A DNA stretch of 64,000 nt. Origin: Hemiscyllium ocellatum. Its lineage: Eukaryota. Where the stretch lies: the NCBI RefSeq assembly GCF_020745735.1, contig NW_026867487.1, positions 4,543,239 through 4,607,238 on the forward strand, given 5' to 3'. Position numbers and translations under genes: made by a program. Position 1 is the first letter of the stretch. The number at the start of each line of letters is the position of its first letter. Under the pieces are notes generated by a model. It was not told the origin of the DNA. It was given only the letters and a program-made list of their open reading frames with translations, and did no database searches. Positions 13,231-25,777 of the stretch are shown here, piece by piece.

Positions 13231-13300
13231 ATGCACGGGCCAGTGAAAGGATTGTTTTATGCTATTTGCTACCCCATTATCGCTGCTGTTGGTTTCCCAG
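13231..13300 (+). CDS. GPR139/GPR142-like GPCR, paralog 2, exon 1 (MHGPVKGLFYAICYPIIAAVGFP)
   Basis: accATG, 70 nt, CAG|gtaaga donor, phase 1; same structure as paralog 1. Confidence 0.85.
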
Positions 13301-13852
13301 GTAAGAAATGTGCTGCAAAGGAAGTTTGAATTTATGCATAAATCTCCATTCCTTTTGATAACTGGGTTGGATATTATTCTCTAAGATTCAATCCTCTTTA
13401 AATGGGAATGGACAGAAACTGGGCCATGAAGTGGTATTATCATACACTTCTTACAGCGTATTGTATGCTATTTTATTGCAAAAGGGTGAAATGAAGTGCA
13501 TTGCTTGCGCTTGAATCAATAGGAAATGCAACATTACATTCAAAGTGTTCTATTGCACATTTCATCAACAACAGTTTCTGAGATAACGTTTATTATGAAG
13601 AGTGTCTACAGCATTGTCTGAATAATCATATGTTAATTTGTTTGGTATTGAATTTTATTCTGAAATAGTATAACGTTGAATCATGTAGCAATGTATAAAA
13701 GTGCAGTTTCTGGCATTGATCTGTTTGTGTTAACATTGACGTGGAGACCAAGTTATAAGAAAGCTGAATCATGGAGAAAGATGAATGAGCCAATTGGACT
13801 ACCCCAACTCCTATTGCCTATGTATTGAAGATTGAATGACTACAGCACAATA

Positions 13853-13989
13853 NNNNNNNNNNNNNNNNNNNNNNNNNNNNNNNNNNNNNNNNNNNNNNNN
13901 NNNNNNNNNNNNNNNNNNNNNNNNNNNNNNNNNNNNNNNNNNNNNNNNNNNNNNNNNNNNNNNNNNNNNNNNNNNNNNNNNNNNNNNNN
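13853..13989. other. Assembly gap (137 N) inside the GPCR-2 intron
   Basis: Run of N. Confidence 0.99.
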
Positions 13990-14955
13990 GTGAATCTAGA
14001 AAATCGTTACGCGAACTCAAAAATGGTACAACTATTCTAGAATCTTGTGTTGTTTTTGGGCAGTCTCTAAAGTCTTAAGAATTAATTATAGAAAAGTTAC
14101 ATAAAGGTGAAATAAGAAGATAATAGATTTCCATCTCTTCATAAATTGTCTGATAATGCTAGCTTTTGTGCATTTGGCATTTATTTTGGATACTTGTGTT
14201 GGTTATCCTTCCACAAGTTATGATGATTACTGTCAAGCGATTTTAGAAAGACAATTGATGTAGAACTTCGCAAAGAGACTTTGGGCAAAAAAAGAAAGAT
14301 CACGATTAAAAATGTTTGGAGTTAAGGAATGTCCGGAAGGAAGACATGAGAAGTGCTACAGAAAGGAAGTTCCACAATTTGGGACATCAGCAGCAAAAGT
14401 CACAGCAGGAGTGATTAACATCAGGCTTAAAAATGGTAGGAATGCAGTTATTTTGAGATAAATTATTGTAACAGCATGTGAGTTCTGAATCTATGTGGTT
14501 TTTAAATTATTAACGATGTGCTTATTAAAGCTGAGAAGTTACAGGCCCTGTGCTAATGTCCCTCAGCTAACTTAGATCTTCAAAGAATAAGTCTAGGTAT
14601 GGAGACGTGATGTGTCACATGATTTTGCTCATATATTACTTTAGATAGCTCGTCACCGGAATTAAGCCAGAGACTGAAGAACAGCATTGGTAGAAGCAGA
14701 CGCTGACTGCAATGTTCCTGACATTGCCAAATGTTTACTTCAGCATGAAATGCTGAACAAATACAAATTATTTTTGTTAAGTTGGAGGCTGGAGAGAACA
14801 CAGGCTCGGACAAGGAGGGTTTCAGTGTCGGTTGGCTTAGGCAGTTGCTGATGTTTGAACTCAACTGGGCAACACCCAACTGATAAAAGTGCATGTGATG
14901 TAAAGTATAGGTATTGTAATTTATATTGTTCAAGTAAACTTTATGTTTGTCACAG

Positions 14956-15851
14956 CCAACTTGGTGTCAATTATAATACTATCCCGAGGACGGTGTGGGC
15001 TCTCCAAATGTGTAACCTACTATCTAGTGGCAATAGCTGTGTCCGATTTTTTTGTCATCATCACTGGGTGCATCCTAAATCGGATCAGCCGCATCTACTT
15101 TATTTACAGCGTATTGTCCACTACCTCTGTATGCAAACTGAGCACAATCCTGGCCCGCTGCAGCCGAGAGGGCTCAGTCTGGCTGACTGTGGCCTTCACA
15201 TTCGACCGTTTTGTGTCCATCTGCTGCCAGAGCCTGAAGATTGGATACTGCACCGTGAAAATTGCGTCGCTGCTCATTGGAATGACCTGCATCCTGAGTT
15301 GTGTCAAAAACTTCCCTTTATACAATATCCTCAAACCTTTATATATTCTGAATGGTCTACCCTGGTTATGTGACATCAAATCCATCTTTTTTACTTTACC
15401 TGCCTGGCAGGCCTATGATTGGATGGAACACATTTTAACCCCCATTCTCCCTTTTCTCCTCATTCTGCTGCTTAATGCCTTGACTGTACGGCATATCCTG
15501 GCCGCCAGCAAAGCAAGGAAGAAACTTCGAAATGTTGAGTCTGGTCGAGACCCAGAGGTGGAAAGTCGCAGGAGATCCATCATCCTGCTCTTTGCCATCT
15601 CGGTCAGCTTCCTGCTGCTGTGGGCCACCGAAGTGGGACATTTCTTCCTCGTACGGTTTAAAGGTGATACAGACTTCAACGGCCTGGATTTCCAAAACGT
15701 TGACTACATCTTGCAAGAGACCAATAACATGTTCCAGCTACTTAGTTCCTGCAACAACGTATTCATTTATGCAGTATCTCAGAGTAGGTTCCGTAGGGAG
15801 CTCCAGAAGATTCTCATGTGTCCTTTCACCATACTCACAGTAAAATTGTAG
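14956..15851 (+). CDS. GPR139/GPR142-like GPCR, paralog 2, exon 2 (spliced protein 321 aa)
   Basis: cacag acceptor with matching phase; SVWLTVAFTFDRFVSIC, PFLLILLLNALTVRHI, LLSSCNNVFIY; collinear with paralog 1. Confidence 0.92.
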
Positions 15852-17066
15852 TGAAACTTCCTCACACTGCTTAGCTTCTTATTTGTGCAGAACTTACTGA
15901 TTAGTCAAGAAATGGTCAGTTTAATCTCTGTTCCTTCCTTCCTTCCTTCTTTCCTTCCTCCCTGTTCATGACCGTACTTCATGGTGTATAAAGTATATTT
16001 TCTGGGATAAAGTGCGGCATATCCTGGAAAATGTCTAAACTCATTCAATTCCTCGAAGGTCTTCGAGTTGCTCACAGTTTTATAGCAGCATGCAAATTCT
16101 TCTCTACCCTTTGAAACCCAGAAGACGTTTCCGTGTAACATAGGTAAGGATACAGAATTACCTATTTGCCTATAAAAAAAGCAACACTCTCGACAATCTG
16201 TGTCACAGCATAATTAATTTAAAAAAGAACAAATTTCACTACGATGTGATATTTTGTAATAAAGGCAACATCTGATCGATTAATTGCAGAGACGTGACCT
16301 AAACTAAATTGGTACACTTTACTTGATAGCAATTCGAGTTAGAGACTCACGTTAGTTAAAGAGAGGCACACTCAACGACTGAAACTGCGTCATATGTGAA
16401 AAAAGCGAAAGCTGGTCCTTAACTACTGACAAATAAGGGAGAGATTAGTAATAAAATTCATAATTAGTAATGAAGTTGATAATGGTGTTTACTCAAGCTG
16501 ACAAACAAACAACAAAAAAAACTAGTGGTCCAAAGTACTTTCTGATCATTTGTGACCGATATACAATGACATTCAGTCTCTAAAATGCTCGATATCTCTT
16601 AGCATGTGTTCCTGGCACACTGACGAACCAGTTTCACTGGAAACTTCGTTCATCATCTTCTTCACTTTTAACACTGTATTTGGATAATGAGGTGCAATGA
16701 TTCCCTGAGCTCACCAACTCCCGATTGTTATAATGCCTGTAATTTGCATATAAGTATTTATCTTCCATGTACCATCATATGAAGTAAACAATCACGGCAT
16801 AATGAGTCAGATTTTCCAAGGAATACCAATTCAAACAGCTTGCCACTAAGAAAATTCTTTGAAGAAATGAAGAATTGATAAGGCATTACTAATGGGAAAT
16901 TCCGCTTAGGCCTTATTCAGAATGGCAGAGCAGTATTTCAAATCATATTGCGCCTGTATTTCACAGTAGTCAGCTGCTACAATCTGAAAGATAAGGGTCC
17001 AGACAGTTACTTTGACAACTTCTCTCAGACGATAAGCATATAAGATATTTATAGGTTGTTGTAAGG

Positions 17067-18258
17067 ATGAATGGGGTCACCAGTGGACATAGACTCGTCA
17101 CAACCTATGGTCTCCAAATATAAGAGTATAGATTGCGATATACAAGCTAAGGAGAAACAGAACAAATTCCATATAGGTGATAAGGCTGTTGTAATCGTAT
17201 CCCTCACTGTGAGCTTTAAGGCCGAAGTTCAATTCCGAGATGCTCAGGTGGTCCTACTCTAGAGGTGTGGAATAACATCTCTGAACAGGATGATTCGAGA
17301 AAACATCTAAAAATTGAGAAAGAATGTTGGAAGGTTTGCATAGAGATGATATTCTGGAATCAGTCACATGATGTAGACATAAGGCCAGTGAGCAGTTTGA
17401 GGTTAAAAATCAAAGTTGCCTAACACATAGAGGCAGAGGTCTCTCCAGTTTTAGTTGTAAGGAAATACGTGACGTTCAATATCGTCATGTAAATTCATCT
17501 TAAATTCTGCATTTACACCTTCAATACACTTTGAGGCAGCAATGTGTATTATGTACGTGATACACTACAGGAATGCCAGAAGGCCTGTCTCTTCATAACC
17601 TTCCATACCAAGGCCTCTGCCATCTGAAAGAATTCCAGATATTGTGAATGAGAGACAAAAATGAAAACTGCTGGGGAAACGCTGCGGGTCCAGCAGCATC
17701 TGTGTAGAGAAATCAGAGTTAACATTTCCGGTCGAGTGACCCTTCCTCAGATGCTCCCAGACTTGCTGAGGTCTTCCAGCAGTTTCCACTTTTGCCTGTA
17801 CTTTCCAAATGGTTTAGGCTCGCGAAACGTTGCAAATTCCCCCTCCAAGAAGCTCACTGTCTTCACTTGAAGTCAGATTATTAATGTTGGCGGGACAAAA
17901 TTAATGATAGCTCTAAATTATGTCAATGCTAGCGACGCTCACACCATATGATTGAACAAAGGAAACAATTATCTGTACTGTTTCTTTAAGTTCCGAGTGT
18001 TAATAATGGAGCAGCAACGCACATTAGACTGATACAACTCCTACAGTCTCATGAATTGGTGTACAGCTCAGATGTACTCACCTTTCACTTAACAACTTTC
18101 ATAGTTTAAAATTGTGTTTTATTTCCAAAAGCCTGATGTCTTCACCTTCTATATGGAATTTGTTCTGGTTCTTCTTAGCTTGTATATCCCAATTTATACT
18201 CTTACCTTTGGAGACCCTAGGTTGTGACGATTCTATGTCCACTGGTGACCCCATTCAT
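17067..18258. repeat. Pair of ~110 bp inverted repeats (17067-17176 and 18149-18258)
   Basis: atgaatggggtcaccagtggacataga...aacaaattccatatag is the reverse complement of ctatatggaatttgtt...tctatgtccactggtgaccccattcat, with scattered mismatches. Confidence 0.85.
17655..17797. mobile_element. Short Penelope-derived fold-back with a decayed hammerhead on -
   Basis: aaaactgctgg...cagcatct mirrored by agatgct...ccagcagttt; minus strand reads CTGAGGAagggtcactcgaccgGAAATGTT. Confidence 0.6.
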
Positions 18259-18753
18259 TCTGCCTGTCAGTTTCCTATCTGTATATAGTGCCCAGTACTA
18301 ATTTCAATATGTTGAAGTGTCAGAGTTCGTTTTTTCAGAGCTGATGTGAAGATGAAGCTGTGACAAAAAGAACGTGCTGATCTCTGCTGGAGTTGTCAGT
18401 TTAACCACAAACTGGATTGAGTGATCATCCTTCCAGACCTTTGTATTCTGCAGAATGTTTTCTCTGCCGGTCCAGGAGGAAATTCTGTGACAGTTGATTC
18501 AATATTAATGAGACTTCTTCTCGGCCTTTTCGTTGAACGTGCGAGAGCACGCTTTGATTTGTATTTGCACTTATTGTTGTGAATCTCCTAATGCTAAAAT
18601 TCAAAACTCTGGCGTGAAAAGAAACCACGTTGAGGCAGTGTTTCAGCTGAATGGTTACTGATTTAGCCTCAGTCTGACAACTGCCTTCAGACCACATGGA
18701 ACGGGAGAAATTCCAAACTGTCGGAGGCCTCATCAGTGTGCAATTAATGTCAA

Positions 18754-20951
18754 AGAGTCATAGAGATGTACAGCATTGAAACAGACCCTTCGGTCCAACC
18801 CATCCATGCCGACCAGCGATCCCAACCCAATCTAGTCCCACCTGCCAGCACCCGGCCCATATCCCTCCAAACCCTTCCTATTCATATACCCATCCAAATG
18901 CCTCTTAAATGTTGCAATTGTACCAGCCTCCATCACTTCCTCTGGCAGCTCATTCCATACATGTACCACCCTCTGCATGGAAAAGTTGCCCCTTAGGTCT
19001 CTTTTCTATATTTCCCCTCTCACCCTAAACCTATGACCTCCAGTTCTGGATTCCCCGACACCAGGGAAAAGATTTTGCTGATTTATCCATCCCATGCCCC
19101 TCATAATTTTGTAAACCTCGATAAGGTCACCCCTCAGCCTCCGTCCGACGCTTCAGGGAAGACAGCCCCAGCCTGTTCAGCCTCTCCCTGTAGCTCAGAT
19201 CCTCCAACCCTGTCAACATCCTTGTAAATCTTTTCTGAACCCTTTCAAGTTTCACAACATCTTTCCGATAGGAGGGAGACCAGAATTGCACGCAATATTC
19301 CAACAGTATCCTAACCAATGTCCTGTACATACGCAACATGACTTCCCAGCTCCTGTACTCAATACTCTGACCAATAAAGGAAAGCATACCAAATGCCTTC
19401 TTCACTATCCTATCTACCTGCGACTCCACTTTCAAGGAGCTATGAACCTGCACTCCAAGGTCTCTTTGTTCAGCAACACCCCCTGGGACCTTACCATTAA
19501 GTGTATATGTCCTGCTAAGATTTGTTTTCCCAAAATGCAGCACTTCGCATTTATCTGAAATAAACTACATCTGCCACTTCTCAGCCCATTAGCCCATTTG
19601 GTCAAGATCTTGTTGTAATCTGAGGTAACCCTCTTCGCTGTCCATTACACCTCCAATTTTGGTGTCATCTGCAAACTCACTAACTGTACCTCTTATGCTC
19701 ACATCCAAATCATTTATGTAAATGACAACAAGTAGAGGACCAAGCACCGATCTTTGTGGCACTCCACTGGTCACAGGCCTCCAGGCTGAAAAACAACCCT
19801 CCAACACCACCCTTGTCTTCTACCTTTGAGCCAGTTCTGTATCCAAATCGCTAGTTCTCTCTGTATTCCATGAGATCTAACCTTGCAAATCAGTCTCCCA
19901 TGGGGAACCTTGTCAAACGCATTACTGAAGTCCATCTAGATCACATCTACCACTCTGCCTTCATAAATCCTCTTTGTTACTTCCTCGAAAACTCAGTCAT
20001 GTTTGTGAGACATGATTTCCCACGCACAAAGCCATGTTGACTATCCCTAATCAGTCGCTGCTTTTCCAAATACATGTATATCCTATCCCTCAGGATTCCC
20101 TGCAACAACTTGCCCACCACCGAGGTCAGGCTCACCGGTCTATAGTTCCCTGGCTTGTCCTTACCACCCTTCCTAAACAGTGGCACCACGTTAGCCAACC
20201 TCCAGTCTTCCGGCACCTCACCTGTGACTATCGATGATACAAATATCTCAGCAAGAGGCCCAGCAATCACGTCTCTAGCTTCCCATAGAGTTCTCGGGTG
20301 CACCTGATCAGGTCCTGGGGATTTATCCACCTTTAGAGTTTCAAGACATCCAGCATTTCTTCCTCTGTAATTTGACCATTTTGCAAGATGTCACCATCTA
20401 TTTCCCTACAGTCTATATCTTCCATATCCTTTTCCACAGTAAATACTGATGCAATATGCTCATTTGGCATGTCCCCCATTTTCTGCGGCTCCACACAAAT
20501 GCCACCTTGCTGATCTTTGAGGGGCCCTATTTTCTCTCTAGTTACCCCTTAGTCCTTAATGTATTTGTAAAAACCCTTTGGATTCTCCTTAATTCTATTC
20601 GCCAAATCTATCTCATGTCCCCTTTTAGCCCTCCTGATTTCCCTCTTAAGTATGTTCCTACTGCCTTTATACTCTTCTGAGGATTCACTCGATCTATCCT
20701 GTCTCTACCTCACATACGCTTCCTTCTTTTTCTTAACCAAACCCTCAATTTCTTTAGTCATCCAGTATTCCCTGTACCTACCAGACGTTCCTTTCATTTT
20801 AACAGGAATATACTGTCTCTGGACTCTCTTTATCACATTTCTGAAGGCTTCCCATTTTCCAGCCGTCCCTTTACCTGCGAACATCTGTCCCCAATCAGCT
20901 TTCAAAAGTTCTTGCCTAATATCGTCAAAATTGGCCTTTCTCCAATTTCGA
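18754..20951 (-). mobile_element. CR1 (HER1-like) LINE, 5'-truncated
   Basis: Minus ORFs DKSPGPD..NYRPVSLTS..QHGF, GVPQRSVLGP..FADDTK, LEYCVQFWSP; 3' tail at 18754-18800. Confidence 0.93.
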
Positions 20952-21047
20952 ATTGTCCTCCATGTGTTTTGTAGGTGGAATTAGGCACCACACTATCAGA
21001 CGCCTCTGCATAAAGAAAGCATAGCATCATGACCTGAATACACAAGC

Positions 21048-21056
21048 GCGTGCGCG

Positions 21057-21089
<33 letters not shown>
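21048..21089. repeat. (CG)n(CA)n microsatellite
   Basis: Read directly. Confidence 0.9.
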
Positions 21090-21720
21090 GGATAACCTTA
21101 CTTCAGACATAGTCGAAGGTTTGATATGCTTTAGTGATATTCATACAGAGGCAAATAGGGACGAGCAATAATTGTTGGCTGAGATAGCAAAAGACATGTC
21201 CGAGGCATGAATAAAAAAGTATAACTGTATTGGTGAGGAGGAGTAATCTTTGTTGAAATTTAAGTGAGCGTCGCTCGTGTTCATTGTATAGAATGCACAA
21301 ACTGTTAAACTAAAGCAAAAGCTCAACAAGAACTGACAAATAACAAGGCACTTAAACCCACATGCACAAACCTTAGACATACAACCACATGCACACTCAT
21401 TCATTTAAAGTCAGCTGACACACGCATTGCTACAGATAAGACTAGTCAGGGAGCAGATGATGAACGCAAGGGACTGAGATGCATTTGTTTTAATACAAGA
21501 AGTGTAGTAGGTAAGGCAGATGAACAGGACTTGGATTGGTACCTGGAGGTATGATGGTATTGCTATTACGGAGACATGGCTGAGGGAGGACATGATTGCC
21601 AATTAGATATCTCAGGATACAGTTGCTTCAGGCGGGATGGAGAAGGAGGCAAAAGGAGTGGACGAGTTGCAATACTGGCCAGAGAGGATGTCACAGCTGT
21701 TCTGAAGGAGGACACGAGCA

Positions 21721-22036
21721 CCTCCAGTCTGAAAATCAACCCTCCACCACCACTCTCTGTCTTCTACCTTTGAGCCAGTTCTGTATACAAATGGATAGTT
21801 CTCCCTGTATTCCATGAGATCTAACCTTGCTAATCAGTTTCCCATGGAGAACCTTATCGAACGCCTTACTGAAGTCCATATAGATCACATCTGCTGCTCT
21901 GCCCTCATCAATCTTCTTTGTTACTTCTTTAAAAAACTCAATCAAGTTTCTGAGACATGATTTCCCACGCACAAGGCCATATTGACTATCCCTAATCAGT
22001 CCTTGCCTTTCCAATTACATGTACATCCTGTCCCTC
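21721..22036 (-). mobile_element. Antisense CR1 RT fragment nested in the + CR1
   Basis: ORF 21736..22014 YMDFSKAFDKV; closely similar to the ~19780-20090 copy. Confidence 0.85.
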
Positions 22037-22743
22037 AGTTTCTTCATCTCTTGAACTGAATTTGATGGAGATCTGCTTAGAATGCCTGACAATCAAATTT
22101 GATTTCGAAATGCGTAAGAAGATGACACGCAGAAGGCAATATGAACAGAGCTCAGTAATGGGAAAGATGCAGTAAAAATGCTGGGATTGTACTACAGATC
22201 TCCAAGCAGTAAGCATGAGATAGAGATAGAAATTTGCAAGTAGATTCTTGAAAGTTGTAGGAGTAGCAGAGTGGTGGTGATAGGCGATTGTAGTTTACTC
22301 AACATTGCCTGGGATTCATTCACTGTTAGAGGTCTAGATTGAGCAGAATTTTTAAGGAGCATCCAGGATTGACTTCGAGAACGGTTAAAATTCCAACTCT
22401 GGCCCTGGTGTTGGGGAATGAGCCCAGCCAGGTGGTTGATGTTTCCTTCGGTGATTACTTTGGGAATAGTGATCACAATTCCATAATTTTTAGAATACTC
22501 TTGGACAATGACGAGAGTGGTCCTAAAGGAAGAGTACTAAATTGACGGAAGGCCAACCACACCAAAACTTGGCAATAGCTGGGGAATATGGATTGGGAGC
22601 AGCTGTTTGAAGGTATGTGGGCATTTGATATGCGGGAGGCTTTTAAAGAGAGATTAATTAGATTTCAGGACGGACATGTCTGTGAAAATAAGGGATAGAA
22701 ATGGCAAGATTCGCGAACCCTGGGTGACAGGTGAAATTGGAGA

Positions 22744-22968
22744 AGAAAGTGAGGACTGCAGATGCTGGAGATCAGAGCTGAAAATGTGTTGCTGGAAAGG
22801 CGTAGCAGGTCAGGCAGCATCCAAGGAGCAGGAGCAGCAGGTCAGGCAGCATCCAAAGAGCAGGATTCAAGGAGTCCTGAAGAAGGGCTCATGCCCGAAA
22901 CGTCGACTCTCCAGCTCCTTGGATGCTGCCTGACCTGCTGCGCTTTTCCAGCAACACATTTTCAGCTC
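22744..22968. mobile_element. Non-autonomous Penelope-derived fold-back element
   Basis: 19-bp TSD tgacaggtgaaattggaga at 22725-22743 and 22969-22987; inverted arms. Confidence 0.88.
22872..22909 (+). ncRNA. Intact minimal hammerhead ribozyme motif
   Basis: gagtc-CTGAAGA-a-gggc-tcat-gccc-GAAAC-GTC-gactc: perfect 5-bp stem I, 4-bp stem II, GUC cleavage triplet. Confidence 0.75.
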
Positions 22969-25777
22969 TGACAGGTGAAATTGGAGACTAGCTAAGAGGA
23001 AAAAGGAAGCATGCATAAGGGCTAGGCAACTGAAGACAGATGAAGCTTTGAACAAATATCAGGAAAATAGGACCAATCTGAAATTAGGAATCAAGAGGGC
23101 TAAAACGGGTCATGAAATATCTTTAGCTAACAGGTTTAAGGCAAATCTCAAAGCCTTTTATTCATATGTAAGGAACAAGAGGGCAACTAGAGGAAGGTTT
23201 GGCCCACTCAAAGACAAAGGAGGAAAGTTATGTGTGGAGTCATACAAGATTGGTGTGATTCTTAATGAGTATTTTGCATTGGTTATTCAGCGAAGAGAAG
23301 GACGTGACCAATATTGAGTTTAGGGACGGATGTTTGATTATTCTAAGTCAAGTCAGCATAAGGAGGGAGCAGGTGTTGGGTATTTTAAAATGCATCAAGG
23401 TGGACAAGTCCCCAGGTCCAGCTGAGATCTATCCCAGATTACTGAGGGAAGCAAGAGAAGAAATTTCTGGGGCCTTAACAGATATATTTGCAGCATCCTT
23501 GAACACGGGTGAGGTCCTGGAGGACTGGTGAATTGCTAATGTTGTCCTCTTGTTTAAGAAGGGTAGCAAATATGATTTAAGTAACCATTGACCAGTGACC
23601 CTGACGTCAGTGGTAGTGAAGTTGCTGGAGAAGCTATTGAGGGATAGGATTTATTCCCATTTGGAAGAAAATAGACTTATCAGTGACAGGCAACATGATT
23701 TTGAGCAGGGATGGTCATGCCTTACCAATTTAATAGAATTCAATAGAAGTGAGAAAGTTGATTGATGAGAGAAGGGCCATAGATGCCATATACATGGTCT
23801 TCATTAAAACGTTTGATATGTTTCCTCATGGTAGGCTGATGGAGAAAGTGAAGTCACATGGGGTCCAGGACGTGTTAGCTAGATGGATAAAAAAACTAGT
23901 TAGGCAACAGGAGACAGAGAGTAGTACAAGAAGGGAATTTCTCAAAATGGAGATGTGTGACCAGTGGTGTTCCACAGGGATCTGTGCTGGGACTACTGAT
24001 GTTTATGAAAAATGCAAATGATCTGGAGGAAGTTATAGGTAGTCTGATTGGCAAGTTTGCAGATGACACTAAGATTGGTGGAGTAGCTGATAATAAAGGG
24101 CACTATCAGAGAATATAGCAGAATATAGATAGATTGGAGAGTTGGGCAGAGAAATGGCAGGTGGAGTTCAATCCGAGCAAATGTGAGATGCATTTTAGAA
24201 GATCCAATTCAAGAGCAAAATATATGGTAAATGGAAAAGCCTTGTCGAAAATTGATGGACAGAGAGATATGAGTGTTCAGGTCCATTGTACTTTGAAGGT
24301 GGCAACGCAGGTCAATAGAGTGGTCAAGATGGCTTACGGCATGCTTTCCTTCATCAGACAGGGTATTGAGTACAAGAGTTGGCAGGTCATGTTACAGTTG
24401 TATAAGACTTTGGTTCGGCCATATTTAGAATAGTGCATACAGTTCTGGTCGCCACATTACCAAAAAGATGTGGATTCTTTGGAGAGGGTGGAGTGGGTTC
24501 ACCTGGATGTCGCCTGGTATAGAAGGCGCCAGCTATATAAAAAAGGTTGCGTAGATTAGGATTATTTTCCCGAGAACAACGAAGGTTGAGGGAGTTTGAC
24601 AAAATCATGAGAGGTACAGAGGTACACGTGGATCGTAAACAGTTTTTCTTTCAGAGTGGAGCACTCAATTACTAGGGGTCCCGAGTTCAAAATGAGAGGG
24701 GAAAAGTTTACAGGAGATATGTAAAGGGTGATGGATGCCTGGAACACGTTGCCAGCAGAGGTGGTAGAGTTGGGGCTGATTGCGTTTCTTAAGATGTATC
24801 TGGACAGATGCAGGAACGAGCAGGGAGCAGAGGAATACTGGTCCTTAGGAAACAAGTGACAGGTTTACATAACGGATCTGAACAGTGCGGGTTTGGGGGG
24901 GGGGCCAAAGGCCATGTTCCTGTGCTCTAATTTTCTTTGTTCTTTGCACAAATATTTAAAAACACACATACATTTACATCACAAATTCTTCGCAGAAATG
25001 GAGGTATGCATGGCATTTATGCCCATTTGACAGACTTTGGGCACAGAAACTGCGGGGGGAGAAACATTCAGCCGACGTTTCAAAAACCTTTAAATACAGT
25101 AACTGGTCAACCTTCCGATGTCGTCTTACGCATCAAATTTGCTTGTCAGACATTCTAAACAGACCCCCATCAAGTGCAGTTCAAGAGATGAAGAAACAAG
25201 CAAACACTAATCTGAAGTCAAAATTAAAGATAAACAACCAATACTCCCCTTGCCAGCAACAGATCATTCATGATGAAAAAAAAATCGATTTTCCAAATTA
25301 AAAGAGAAATTTACAACACATAGCAGGACAAGCCAAAATGCACAATTGCTAATATATCTTGCACCTACGCTCACAGGTTTCAACTATCTGCACAGTTAAA
25401 TTCGAAGATCACATTCTGACATTAAATATTCAAGCAACATAATACTGTTATTATTCTAAAGAAGACTGAGCACGCTGAATGGGTTTTTTAACTATATTGT
25501 AAGGATATTTTGCCAAATATCTAACCAATCAACATTTTATTCGTGTTCTAGCACAGATTAATAAATCAACAATATCATTTTAACATCAATATACAATTGC
25601 TCTGCAATTTGCCATCCAATGCCACATAATATGACAATATACGTATTGAAATCTCTTACAATCAGAGAGCGTGGAATGCTGGAAAAGAAATTAGTCTGCT
25701 AATGAAAGGGAAGAAATTAGATTCATGTAGATTTACAACACAAAAATAAAATAACTTACTTGCGATTCATTTCTTAC

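Larger units (their letters stand above)
21440..24945 (+). mobile_element. Decayed CR1 LINE ORF2 from APE to the 3' tail, with nested insertions
   Basis: CICFNTRS, SDHNSI, VDKSPGP, WAEKWQVEFN, LVRPYLE in + ORF fragments. Confidence 0.88.
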
